Assembly (NCBI RefSeq): GCF_902652985.1
Contig: NC_047017.1
Location: forward strand, 51,770,001-51,834,000
Reading direction: 5' to 3'
Source of the DNA: Pecten maximus
Taxonomy: Eukaryota
Length of the DNA stretch: 64,000 nucleotides
This document shows, piece after piece, positions 47,175-60,592 of this stretch (positions are counted from its first letter, which is position 1; every line of letters starts with the position of its first letter). A program made the position numbers and the translations under genes. Under the pieces are notes generated by a model. It did no database searches, was not told the DNA's origin, and worked only from the letters and a program-made list of their open reading frames with translations.

Positions 47175-50100
47175 TTACACTTCCTCGATTGTCATTCGCG
47201 ACACATAGTCCTTATATAATATACATCCTTTCTCGGGATCCACGGCGGCAGACAGCATTTCTTCCATTTCTTCTTGTTGGAATGGTTCACCTGTGAAACA
47301 AATTAACAAAAACAAATAAACTACAGATCATATCATTATTTTGCATAGGATTAACATGATTATAAAATCGGAATATTATTTCGAATTACAGTTGATTAAT
47401 ATCTAAATTGAAAAAGGGGTGGGTTATGAGGTTGCGATTAGATAATCTAACCTGTATATTAGTTAAATGTAACTGTCGTATTCTACAAATCGTAATACAA
47501 TCAATCAACGTTCTCTGAAAATCACATTTCATCAGTTGGCATGTCACGACAGGTTGGTGCTGTCATCAGGACGACATTTACAAATTCCACATACCCTGAT
47601 ATATTCTGTTGATACCTATAAGGTACGTATCGATACCATCACCCATATTTATAACGACAAGAGTTTTAAAATGTAAGGCATCCATGAATCATGACAAAAT
47701 TACTGAAATACACAACCAAGGATTTTCAAGAGGAAAACAAAGTGGACAATCTGAATCCTTACAATAGCGGTCTGATTTATCAATATTCTAAAATAGAAAT
47801 GTCGCAATTAGATTGAGCATAATATGCTGCTTCGTTTAACTCTTCAACGAAAATTGACAAGTACTGAAATTATATACACCCAAAAAAGAGTTCAGAAAAA
47901 TGTCATAATTTCTGGCAACATGAAAGTCTTCGGTAAGGTTTGTCAATATACCACAATCAGATGAGTCTCAATTTATTTTACGCTGTCGCTTCGAAAGATT
48001 TTTTTTATCTCTCTGTCGTTTGTACAATCCATTGACCTGTCAAGAGGAAGAGGAAACCTTACGACCAACACTCACCATCCTCTGACATGTATTTGGCCAA
48101 GTCTTCTTGTGTAAGAAAGCCCTTGTTGTCGTGGTCCAGAACTTGGAACGCCTTCAACAGCTGATCCTCTGGTAGAGGTTTGTATCTGTAACAGGTCCAC
48201 GAAAACTCTAGCTGTATATATCTAATTACCTAAAATCTTATCATTCCAAGAAATATGTAACATTAATCCGTGTTCTTTTATTTGATTTACTTGAACTCAG
48301 AATTTTAACTTTTCCTGTGCGCAGTCTTAACTTTATTATCAAAATTGAATTTTCACTATAATGCTGGCAGAAAACTTAATTATAGCCGCAGGTCGACTAC
48401 CAGAGTTTTAATATGATGTACTTCATCTGACAGTATACGGAGCCTGGAGAACGCCGACGGTTAAGTCGTGTCAATTGGATTTGCAATGATTTAAACAGGA
48501 AATAAATAGATTGAATTATGGTACAATTTCATAACTTTTTCTGAATAACAATTTATAATTAAAACAAAAAATAAATCAGCTATGAATGCAGAAAATAAGT
48601 TTCATTAATTGATTAAGCTGAAATAAGGAATTTCACCTTTGTTTACTGACACGTATTGTGTAATGGTTAAAATAATATCATAAGCTACTCATATTTAAAT
48701 ATTTCAGTACCGTCTCTCCATCAAAACTTTCGTCATCATCGGTAAAAACTTCTCAAAACGAATATATCCTGTTGGCTCCTCTTCTTCTATCTGTTGACAA
48801 AACATTTTATTTTATTGAAATAGCATGCTTGCTAAAATGCTATAGAGCATATAAACTCAAATTAATGCCTGGATTACCCTAAATCTCACTGTCACATTCA
48901 ATTTGAAAATGTTCTTGCTATGATAAAACATTGTATTTAGGAAGGGTCAGAAATCAATGTGTTACATAACGTTATCTAAACTTATATACCACACGTACTT
49001 GGCATGACTTCTCGACCCCTGATATATTTATACCAGTAAGTATTACTGTATCTTCATCAATTCTCATACAATAAGCCCAACCCCCACTTTGTTATTCCGT
49101 TGTCCTACACAATAACCCCACCCCTACTTTGTTATTCCGTTGTCCTACACAATAACCCCACCCCTACTTTGTTATTCCGTTGACCTACACAATAACCCCA
49201 CCCCTACTTTGTTATTCTGTTGTCCTACAATAAGCCCACCCCTACTTTGTTATTCTGTTGTCCTACAATAAGCCCACCCCTACTTTGTTATTATGTTGTC
49301 CTACAATAAGCCCACCCCTACTTTGTTATTCTGTTGTCCTACAATAAGCCCACACTCTACTTTGTTATTCCGTTGTCCTACACAATTAGCCCACCCCCTA
49401 CATTGTTATTATGTTGTTCTACAATAAGCCCGCCCCCTACTTTGTTATTATATTGTCCTATAATAAGCCCACACTCTTCTTTGTTATTCTGTAGTCCTAC
49501 AATAAGCCCACCCCCTACATTGTTATTACATTGTCACACAAAGCCCACCCCCTACTTTGTTATTATGTTGTTCTACAATAAGCCCGCCCCCTACTTTGTT
49601 ATTATATTGTCCTATAATAAGCCCACACTCTTCTTTGTTATTCTGTAGTCCTACAATAAGCCCACCCCCTACATTGTTATTACATTGTCACACAAAGCCC
49701 ACCCCCTGCTTTGTTATTATGTTGTTCACAATAACCCCACCCCCTACTTTGTTATTATGTTGTTCACAATAACCCCACTCCCTACTTTGTTATTATGTTG
49801 TTCACAATAAACCCACACCCTACTTTGTTATTCCGTTGTCCTACAATAAGCCTGCCCTCTACTTTGTTATTCCGTTGTCCTACAATAAGCCCACCCCTTC
49901 TTTGTTATTCTGTTGTCCTACAATAACACCACCCCCAACTTTGTTATTCTGTTGTCCTACAATAAGCCCACCCCTACATTGTTATTCTGTTGTCCTACAA
50001 TAACACCACCCCCAACTTTGCTATTATGTTGTCCTACAATAAGCCCACCCCCTACATTGTTATTATGTTGTCCTGCAATAAGCCCACACTCTACTTTGTT

Positions 50101-53100
50101 ATTCTGTTGTCCTACAATAAGCCCACCCCAACTTTGTTATTCTGTTGTCCTACAATAAGCCCACCTCCTACTTTGTTATTCTGTTGTCCTACAATAAGCC
50201 CACCCCCAACTTTGTTATTCTGTTGTCCTACAATAAGCCCACCTCCTACTTTGTTATTCCCTTGTCCTACAATAAGCCCATCCCCTACTTTGTTATTCTG
50301 TTGTTCACAATAACCCCACCCCTACTTTGTTATTCTGTTGTTCACAATAACCCCACCCCTACTTTGTTATTCTGTTGTTCACAATAACCCCACCCCCTAC
50401 TTTGAATCAGAATTTAGGTGAGGGCTTCTTTTGTTTATTACCATATCTATACACAAATTAGCTCCTCCTCTGATATAAAGAATAAAGATTTAGTAAGTGT
50501 CCAATTACAAGCACCGGATAAGCTTCACCACTTTACAAAGTTTGAATATATGAATTTTGTCTTAGGACTGATGAGCTATAGCTATTACACAAAAACCTGT
50601 GCCTTGTGACCTGGTTACCATGACAACCCAACTTTCTGCCAGAAAATACATGCATATCTACATATGGTCCCTAACATCCCTGTGTAGTTTCATTGAAATT
50701 GGTCCACAAGTTTTGGAGTTGTATGGACAAACAGACAAGACAGATTGACTGACAAGCTGATTCCAGTATACTCCTTGCAGAAGAGCATAATGATAGTACA
50801 TTCTCCTCACTTTTACTCGTATACAACAGAACCACAGTACATGTAACATATTAGTCATCTATGTATGAATAAATGTATCTCTATTTTTATGGTTCATGCA
50901 TATGTACTTACCTCTGCAAGCATGTCATGGAGTTCAGTCTCACTGGGACAACAGCCTAAGGAGCGAATGATTGTACCCACTTCCCTAAATAAAGTACAAA
51001 TCAATGAGGATTTTTTTCATTTTTTTTAAATTATTACATGTATATCTATATTGATTACACAAAGTTCCACAACCTTTTCATTATTGTATTAATAATTCAG
51101 CAACACAAACCCAAAGGTCTTTATATCTCAAAATAATGCACAATTGTGCACAGGGGCTGGACATGTTCCTATGAACTAGAATTTAATATGGCCCTGGGGT
51201 AATATATATTCCATTCTGGGTCATAGGAATGTGTCAAGTCCCTGTGCATAAATGTATACATTTGGTAAATAAACACAGACAGCATTTAAGACAAAATATT
51301 ACATAAAGTTACAGTGTGCCTGACATGGTAAGGAAAGGTCTAATTAAAATCTATAACAAATCATGTGTATCAAGTCAATTTCTAACACTGTTTTACTGCA
51401 TATATATGTAAGTATGAATTTGTTATTATAGTTCTTGTAATGAATATTTACTTATCCATAATGAAAACAAATAAATTTACTTTATTATCTGAGACTGATA
51501 CCTATATTTTGATACAATATAGTACAACAAATACATTAAGGAGATTGTTCATTTGGACATAAATACAAAATGTCTAAATGCCAAATAAGTTGAATTTTGA
51601 CTTTTTATCTATTCATCTAATAGATAAATATCTTTAATTGGTAGAACAGTACGATACAACATTCTCTTTTCACTGTATCAAGTTAGTGGGGAATGGGGAA
51701 TAACTCAATTTGATATTAAACATTCAAAGTATATACCTGTACCTTAGGGTAGCTCAGATGTAAATATTCTATGTATACTATAGTTTTACATTTCATTTGT
51801 CTTAAAGATTGAATCACTGTTAACATATCAAATGAAAGGGTGTGTTACTTAATAGGACAGAATGTTTCAGGATAGGCCCATTGTCTTAAATACAATGTAT
51901 ATATAATTATCATTCTAGCTATTATTTTAAAACTTTTGACTCAAAAATGCTTGTTTTATGAAAGTCCTAAAGGACAAAAATACGCTTTTTTGTTGTTTGC
52001 CCTTTGTCACAGTATATAATGTTCTAAATATCATTTTAGATTAATTGTCAAAAATTGATGGTAAATTGAAATTTAATTTTGTTAATAAATTACCTGACAT
52101 CAACTGTTTTGTTATTTTCATTGTCAAAAATGTCAAATGCATCTGTAATCCTTTTCTGGATATCAGCCAACAAGGAATCTGTAAGTAAAATACAGGTTAA
52201 AATGCTAATCACTGAAATAACTAAAATTTTAAACACAAAGAAACATTAAAACATCTGAGATTAAGTCTTAGTCCTGTTCACGTTAGAATCATGTGTCTGT
52301 ATTCAACAAAAAAGAAATTATGAGCCCGCAGTTAAAAAAAGACATTGAAGCAATTGAGAATGTCCGAAGGAGAGCTACTAAACTGGTCAGGAATATATAT
52401 CTCATCTCCCTTATCCAGAAAGACTCCCTCACCTCGGGCTCCCATCACTCCAGTACAGGGGGAAAAGATACGACATGATTCAGGTATTCAGAATCCTTAA
52501 TGGGATGGATGTGACTTCAGAGGATCTATTACAAATAACTGGAGAAGGCAGGACAAGAGGACACAATAAGAAACTGGCAAAACCACACACAAGGCTAAGC
52601 ATCAGAAAAAATTCATTCCCAGCCAGAGTTGTCGATGACTGGAACAGTTTACCATCGTCAGTCGTCAATTCACCATCAATCAACTCATTTAAAAGCAACC
52701 TCAACAAGCACTGGACTAACAAGGAGATCAAGTTCCACCCATCCTACTATGTGTACTAGTTAAACAACGACCCGCCAAAATACTCTGTATAACACCTACT
52801 ACCTATACAGTTTATACATGTATATAAAGATAGTGACCGTAGATACAGATGGTGTGTTAATAATCTAAATATGAAACTGAGCACCAATTCGTCTTTTATG
52901 AATGATATTTGATGACCGTATTGAGGAAATTTGAATTTGAACTACCATATTTTAAATGAGGAATCTACTATACTTGATACATGATTGAGTATGCGTACTG
53001 TAAATAGAATAATAAAAACAGGTGGTTAAGAAGCGGACACGCTTATAAAAAGACCGATGACTGCTATTGCTAATTGTATACATATGTTCTATATAAGGCT

Positions 53101-53677
53101 CATTACAATTACTGTGTACCTGGGGAACAATGTAGGATAATGGCAGGTTACTTGATGAACTCTGTACATTTATATCAAATTGTTAATCGCCATATGAGGC
53201 AAGCAGCATGCTACAAATTAAGTGAGAAATAATGTTAGGCATTACACCCCCAAGGATCAGTGTGAGGCACAATATTATTGATAGAACGTCAGACTCCCAA
53301 ACACAACACTACTGCATGAGTACAGTTGTTACGGCAGTAGCGGATTATCGACGGATCACTTGAAAAACTAAACCTGATTATGACAAAATAACTCCCAGGA
53401 GGGTGTTTGTTGTACAAATTTGTTAATCAATCATTTTTAGTGTATACAACAAAACATCACCGTGACAGAATACAAAGAGGCAATCAATGAGACAAAATGA
53501 CACAATCAATCAGTATATATTCCTTTGTTTGTAGAAAATAACTCCCTTCAAAGTAAAAGCGGATTTTTTAAACAATGACATAAAGTGAACACGACACATA
53601 AAAATAATCGCCAAACATCGTCTTTGCTGACAAGATCATTTACCTGTGTTCTCTTTCTGTTCGTCGGCTCCGGCCAT
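47175..53677 (-). CDS. EFCAB2: EF-hand calcium-binding domain protein 2 / dynein regulatory complex subunit 8 (165 aa, 6 exons)
   Basis: Exons 53677-53644, 52178-52094, 50984-50912, 48790-48711, 48185-48076, 47290-47175 give MAGADEQKENTDSLLADIQKRITDAFDIFDNENNKTVDVREVGTIIRSLGCCPSETELHDMLAEIEEEEPTGYIRFEKFLPMMTKVLMERRYKPLPEDQLLKAFQVLDHDNKGFLTQEDLAKYMSEDGEPFQQEEMEEMLSAAVDPEKGCILYKDYVSRMTIEEV*. This matches the EFCAB2/DRC8 signature (TVDVREIGTIIRSLGCCP, EEEEPTGYIRFEKFLP). Confidence 0.95.
49068..50403. repeat. ~38-bp intronic minisatellite, ~35 copies
   Basis: ctactttgttattctgttgtcctacaataagcccaccc repeated. Confidence 0.95.
52321..52830 (+). mobile_element. 5'-truncated CR1-type LINE 3' end in EFCAB2 intron 1
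   Basis: KKDIEAIENVRRRATKLV...DMIQVFRIL...RTRGHNKKL...RKNSFPARVVDDWNSLP: typical CR1 ORF2 C-terminus, with a frameshift. Confidence 0.85.
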
Positions 53678-54020
53678 GTTGTTTACTTCGGTTGCCAGAT
53701 GAAAACGGTTTATCAATATTACAAAATTTCATAAATATGTGATCGGTTCTATAAATAGTTATATTTCTGTATCAAATTCATATAAACTTTTTTTATCAGT
53801 TAACAATTTAAATATTTCTTCTTTTATTTTATAGTATGCATTTTGTTGTATATATAATATATATGTTATATTTATTATCTTGCTTTCGTTAACAAATACT
53901 TCATGTAAAGTAGATTCTGGAATATGCATTAACCAATATGGCCGCGTCCAGATAATGTAGATTGCAGTGAACAACATAGGAAGTCTTACAGATATATATG
54001 TCCTATATTCGTAAACGGCA
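53678..54020. promoter_or_regulatory. Putative bidirectional promoter between EFCAB2 and PAXX
   Basis: Divergent ATGs only 343 bp apart. Confidence 0.6.
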
Positions 54021-55112
54021 ATGTCGAGTTTAAGAGCGCTTCTGGTCGAAGCCAAAGTTGATGAATTGCATGTAGTTGAAACAACGAACAACACCAAAAG
54101 CTTGTATTTCACAGGAATAGGAGCAAATGACAAATGGAAAATATGCTCAACAAATGGGACGGACGTGTGGAAAGTTGAACTAGATACAGATGAGCTCGAA
54201 TCTTATAAAGATGCAGCAGAAGTCAGCACTGTAGAAGCATTCTTGTCAAAATTCAGGTAAATATATTTCAAACGTCAACTTCTTCTTCATTACGCTGTCA
54301 CACTAGGAAAGTAGTACCGTGAATTAAATGTTGAAGGCACATTGTGTCAGGGGAGGTAACTGTGTTTATTTTGATCTGTTAGGGATCAATATTTTCAACT
54401 ATGAAATTGGTGCATTGACATAAGTAAAAGTTAACACATTGTCAAATAATAACTCTAATTATTCGAAAGATCATTAGATACAGAATTTAAAAATGTATAC
54501 ATATTAGGAGAATAAGACATGGATATGGATATTAATTAAGAGCTTTTTAAAAGTGAATATTTCTGGTTCCATGTGGGGGGGGGGGGAGAAAGAATTAAAA
54601 GCACAATTACACTTTGCCTTCCTCTTATTATAAGTTGTCTACATCAGGTATATGAATTCTAAATCTCTGGTTATTCCACTAAATATGTTTAATATTCTAA
54701 TTGTTATGGTACTATTTTTGGTCCTTTTTTCATTCCCAGGAAAGGTTTTGTTGGTGGAGACATTACAACACTTATCGGAGGAACAAAGATAACCATCAAC
54801 ATCGGCAAAGGAACCGACAAAATAGCAGTCGATGTTTTTGAGGCAAAAGCAGCTGAAAGGAAAACAGAACTTCAGAATGTGTTGTTTCGATTGGCTGATA
54901 AGAATATGTCCCTGCAAGCAGATTTGGCTGCTGCTGAAAAAACAGTTGTTGCCTTGAAAGCACAAAAAGGTCAGGGAGCTGCTGGGTTTTCCTTGAATGA
55001 CATAGGACCAAAGACTTCTAACCAGTCTAAAGCTAGGCCAAAGACAGGCATGAGTGCCATCAATCCAAACAGTAAAAAGAGAAAAGCACCCACTGGTGTT
55101 GTGTTTGATTAG
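54021..55112 (+). CDS. PAXX: PAXX (paralog of XRCC4 and XLF), NHEJ factor (202 aa, 2 exons)
   Basis: Exons 54021-54256 and 54740-55112 (phase-2 GT-AG intron). Head domain with CSTNGTDVW, a coiled coil, and C-terminal Ku-binding motif GMSAINPNSKKRKAPTGVVFD. AATAAA at 55512. Confidence 0.88.
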
Positions 55113-55741
55113 ATGATCAGTTCCAAATTTCGTTCTGTAGACATTTTCCCACCCTTTAAAATTTACATATTTCTACGCATTGTTGTAGTTAATAATGATG
55201 GCAGCTATCTATGTACCATGCAGCTTCTTGTGTCAGTTATTGTCAGTTGTTAACTCAAAACTGGTTCTGGTTATAATTTTACAAGTAGTTTCACCTAAAA
55301 TTATTTTTTCAAATTAAAAAGCAAAAAATGTTGTGTTTAAAAAACTGTAGAAATACAGCCTTCTTGAACAATATTTGATACATTGTACATTTTTAGCATT
55401 TTTATCAATGTGGTTAAATTGAAGTAGAACTTTGTGTAGTAGGACCTACATGCTTAGTTAATGTCTGTACATGGTATATTTATCATATTGAACATAGCAC
55501 TGTGTATCACCAATAAAATTGTGTAAGACTACCACTGTACATTGTTTTAATATTTTTATATTGATCAAGTTTAATGCTGCTCACATAGTTTGTATTTTGA
55601 TGTAAATGTATAACAATTGAAAACAGGCTTATCCTCATACTGCTCAGTTGGACCATACCTGAAAAGGATAATCTTTAAAAACCCTGAAGTCATCAAATAA
55701 AGATGGTTATCTAGAATCTTTGCTTCAAGAAACCAGAGAAG

Positions 55742-58700
55742 TTTTTAGCTCGCCTGTTATGTAGGACCGATGAGCTTATGCCATGGCATAGTGTCTGTCA
55801 ACTTTTATTTTGAATTGCTGCTAGTTATAAAATAATAAATGGATCTTGACCAAATTTGGTCGGAGACATCCTTTGTGGAAGGGGAACAAATTCTGGGTGA
55901 CTCTGGCCCCCATGGGCCTGGAGGGAAGGCAGCAATATGTGAAATAGAGTTAAGTTCTTTAAATCACAACTGATAATGAATTTAAGTGAATTGTTTTTTT
56001 AGCAAATTTGGCCATTAGCGTCCTTAGGAGAAAGGGTAAAAAAATTGTATAAAAGGTGACACTAGCCCCTATTTGGCCTTAGGGGAAGGGCCCAGAAGAG
56101 TGAATAGAAACAAGTTCTTTAAATCGCTTCTATTCATGAAAGAATTGTGAAAGAAATGAATTGTGAAATTGGGTCAGAAAAATCTTTTGGGGAAGTGGAA
56201 AAAATTTTGCATAAATCCCCTCCCCCTTTTCCTTTGGGCCAGAGGGGTGGGGCCAAATTTCGAAAATAGAAGTCCCTTAAATACTAGTAGTCATTAAAGG
56301 ACATAATCGATTTTGACCAATTTTGGTCAGAAGCATAATTTGCTGAAGGGGTATTAATTTCGTATAAAACGTCAATCTTTTTTTTTTTAATCCTTCTGTA
56401 GAAATGTAGTATTGTGTCCTTATATAAATGGTCTCACTAGCAAACTTAAATGCCCAGAATTTATAGAATTTATTACAAAACATGATATGATCTGTATCAC
56501 AGAGTCTAAGACTGATAGTGCAGACTTGGTAGATATTGAAGGCTACACTTCATTTTGTAAACATAGAAAGTCATTATCAACCATCAAATCTGGTGGTATT
56601 GTTGTATATATCAAGGATGAATATGTAAAATATGTATCTCAAATAAGAACAGACAATGATAATGTACTATGGGTTAAAATGAATAATTCTATTTTCAACA
56701 ACGATGGCAATGTATTGTTTGGTGTAACATATATACCTCCTGCCAATTCGAATTATTCTACACTTGATTGTTTTGAAGAAATCGAAAACGAATTACTAAA
56801 CTCCAGTAATGATGTTAAATGTATTTGTCTTTTGGGCGATTTTAATAGTAGAACAGCAAACGCTCCTGATTTTATAGATGATATAGATGATGATCTTGAT
56901 GACCAGGATGTAAATAAATTTGAAGAAATACATGTACCAAAGACAAGATTTTCTCAAGATCAAGTACGAAATAATTATGGCGGGCGTTTATTAGACATGT
57001 GTAAACACTGTAATATCTTTATTTTAAATGGTAGAATGGGCGAAGACCGAGATGTCGGTAAACTTACATGTAAGAATGCAAGTGTTGTAGATTATTGTAT
57101 AGGGAATTTTGAACTGTTTAAATTAGTAGATGATTTTTCTATTAATGAATTTTCTTTTCTTTTGTCAGATGTACACTGTCCAATGCACCTAAATCTACTT
57201 AAAACATGTAATATTACAAACGATTGTGATAATGAGATTTCCGAAGAGGATTGTTTTATTCCCAAACCAAAAAAATGGAATGATATTGAAAAGGATAAGT
57301 TTGTACAGTCAGTATCTGAAAGATACTCGTATATAGAGAATATTGTAAATAACATGTGCAATAATGAAATTGAAAATGTAACTTTTATCAATGAAACTGT
57401 AAATACTTTGAGTGAAATTTTCGTCGATGCCGCTAAACATGCTTTTGGTACTACCCAACCTATGACCAAACATTCCAATTTCAAAAAGCCATGGTTCACT
57501 AAAGATTGTAAATCAGCAAGACAGAATTACAGAAAAGCCAAAAGATTATATAAAAGGTATGGTGACCAAGTATTTAAAGAAGATTTATACGATAAGGAAC
57601 GCAAATATCGTAAAACGCTGAAGTCATCAGTTACTGCACATAAAATTCAGATTAAAACGAAATTAAACAATTTAAGATCTAGAAACCCAAAAGAATATTG
57701 GAAAATATTAAACAAAGGTAGTCCTAGTAAGAAAAAAACATGTAAGGCAGATATCGAGGATCTCTACAATTATTTCAGTAAATATTTTAACCATAATGTT
57801 GAGGGAACTTATAATCATATATTTTCCAGTGAACAGCTCCAAGAGTTATCGAACCTGGGAGCCAATACTTGTTTAAATATACCTATATCTTCATCAGAAA
57901 TATCAAAATGTATTTTTAGATTAAAAAACAATAAGGCTTTTGGTGAAGATCTAGTATGTAATGAATATATAAAATCTACTGCAGATATCATGCTACCATT
58001 ATACGTCAAACTCTTTAATTATATATTCGACACTGGTAATATCCCAGATGTGTGGTTGATGGGCAATATTATACCAGTTTTTAAAAATAAAGGAGATATC
58101 CATGATGCTAATAATTACAGACCAATTACACTGGTAAGCTGTCTGGGTAAGTTATTTACAACCATTATCAATGAACGACTCACCAATTATGCAGATAGCA
58201 TTGAACTTATACTAGAAAACCAAGCGGGATTTAGAAAACATCATTCTACAACTGATCATATTTTTTCACTCTATTCTTTAATTGAACTATCAAAACAATT
58301 CAAAAGTAAAATGTACTGTGCATTTATAGATTTTGAGAAAGCCTTCGACAGTGTCTGGAGATTAGGACTGTGGAACAAATTAATTACAAGTAATATAGGA
58401 GGGAAATGTTTTAAAGTCATAATTAATATGTACAATGGAATTAAGGCCAAGGCGGTTCTGTCTCTAATATTTTTAATTGTAATTCCGGTGCAAGACAAGG
58501 GGAAAATTTGTCCCCATTTTTATTTTCAATCTTTTTAAATGATCTAGAACATTTCTTAATATCACATGACTGTAGAGGTTTATCTAATTTGGCGGGAAAA
58601 CTAGAGACAGAGCTACAAGTTTATCTCAAGTTGTATATAATGTTGTATGCCGATGATACCATTCTACTTGCAGAGTCAGTAGAAGATTTACAAACACAAC

Positions 58701-60000
58701 TTAACGTATTTCACACCTACTCAAAATTGTGGCATCTTAAAGTTAACATTGACAAGACTAAGATAATGGTTTTTGGGAGAGGAACGGTGTCACGAAATAT
58801 ACAGTTCACCTATGATGGCAATAATTTAGAAATTGTGAAAATTTTTAAATATCTCGGGGTTTGTTTCACTAGAAATGGTTTTACACATTTGAATATCAAA
58901 CAATTATATGAAAAAGGCCTTAGGGCCATGTATGGCGCTATTTCAAAATGCAGAAATCATAATCTGTCCATCGATTGTAAAATGGATATTTTTGATAAAG
59001 CAATCAAACCGATTATACTATATGGCTGTGAGGTTTGGGTGTTTTGTGACACCAAGCTCTTAGAACGTCTACATTTGAAATTCTGTAAACATATCCTTAG
59101 ATTAAAAACATCTACACCAAACTTTATGATATATGGAGAATTGGGAAGGTTTCCATTAAGTATAAATATAAAAGTTCGTATGATTGGATTTTGGGCCAAA
59201 ATGATGGTCTCAACTCATAATAAATTGAGCAACAAATTTTTCCAAATTTTAAGACATTATAATGCTCAATGGTCTAACTATATTAAAAATATTTTTGAAG
59301 AATGTAATTTATTAGATGTTTTTGAAAACCATGAATTTACTAGTATACGCTGCTTAAAAAATACTGTTTTTCATACCCTAAGAAATTTGTTCATATGTAA
59401 TTGGAAAAATGACGTTTTCAATTCTCCGAAAGGGACCAATTACAGAATTTATAAACATGATTTAAGTTTAGAAAAATATCTACTTGACCTCCCCCCTAAG
59501 CTAGCTAATTCCTATTGTAAATTTCGAACTTGTAACATTAAATTACCAATCGAATACGGAAGATGGAATAACATCCCAAGAGAAAATAGAATCTGTAGTC
59601 TGTGTAACCTGAATGAAATAGGAGACGAATTCCATTATCTATTTAATTGCAGCGATCATCAAATAGCATTAAACAGAAAAAAATATATATCTAGATACTA
59701 TTATGAAAGACCAAGTACATTCAAATTTAATACACTTTTTAATTTTGTAGTAGACGATGAATTGAAATCACTTGTGAAATTAATTAAAGAAATAAGTATA
59801 CGACTCAACAATATTTAAGATAATCTCTTGCTTAACAAATGTATCGATGTATTATATCATATGTCCTGTACAAATTTTGTATGTATATAATTCTCTACAC
59901 TTTATATGTTTATGCGAATAAAATATTGTCTTTGTCATTGTCATTGTCATTATTACTGCGATATCCATGTGAGCAATATAGACCCTCTGGGCCTCTTGTT
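55742..60000 (+). mobile_element. HINE-like Helentron-associated element split by a LINE insertion
   Basis: Left end ttttagctcgcctg...gagctt, internal ~160-bp repeats, right end gtgagcaatatagaccctctgggcctcttgtt at ~59965-60000. Confidence 0.65.
56405..59950 (+). mobile_element. LINE retrotransposon ORF2 (AP endonuclease + RT + C-terminal Cys/His motif), 5'-truncated, one internal frameshift; CR1/L2/RTE-X group
   Basis: ORFs 56412-58538 and 58508-59818: LGDFNSRT, SDVHCP, NYRPITL, QAGFRK, FIDFEKAFDSV, (G)ARQGENLSP, YADD, ICSLC...GDEFHYLFNC. Frameshift near 58450; AATAAA followed by a (TTGTCA)n tail. Confidence 0.93.
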
Positions 60001-60592
60001 ATCAAATTTGATGAGACTTCAGTGATGTGGTCATCAGACACTGATGCTGGTTACCTGCTCTGATTTTGTATATTTTAAGGAAGGTATTGACTGCAGAATC
60101 TTGCTAATTTTGGCCCTTTTACCGTAAATTCGTAATTGTTTGGGACGAAATGTGAATCGAGATGAATTAAGGATCAGGTGGTAAACATATAAGTCGGCCA
60201 TCCTAATGACAGGTCTAGTTTTCACGGGTTTCTTTTCTTTTAATCACAATTTTTGAGGATAGAAAATAAAATCATGAAAGAAGCAGCGTCGAAAATGAAA
60301 TGATTTTTTTTAACAATTGTAATGAAGGAAAATAAACAAACAATAATAGTATTAGGGACGGCAGTGTGAGATACTTATAATACTACACATCAAAACGTTA
60401 GGAATTTGTTCTAAATACCACACAGACGACCGTGATAGTCCATGATAGGGGGAGTTGACATTGAAATCGCTAGGGAAATGTTACAAATATTTTGTAAATC
60501 AGGTTATTCAGTTAAAGGTACTACGTATTTCTATTTAATCATTCTGTAAATCACTATGAACCATTTGTACCAGAACCAAATACTATCTCCAC

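Noticed and set aside
49334-50387. Repetitive ORFs in EFCAB2 intron 3
   Set aside because: Translations of a 38-bp minisatellite.
57092-59199. Minus-strand ORFs within the LINE
   Set aside because: Antisense shadows of LINE ORF2.
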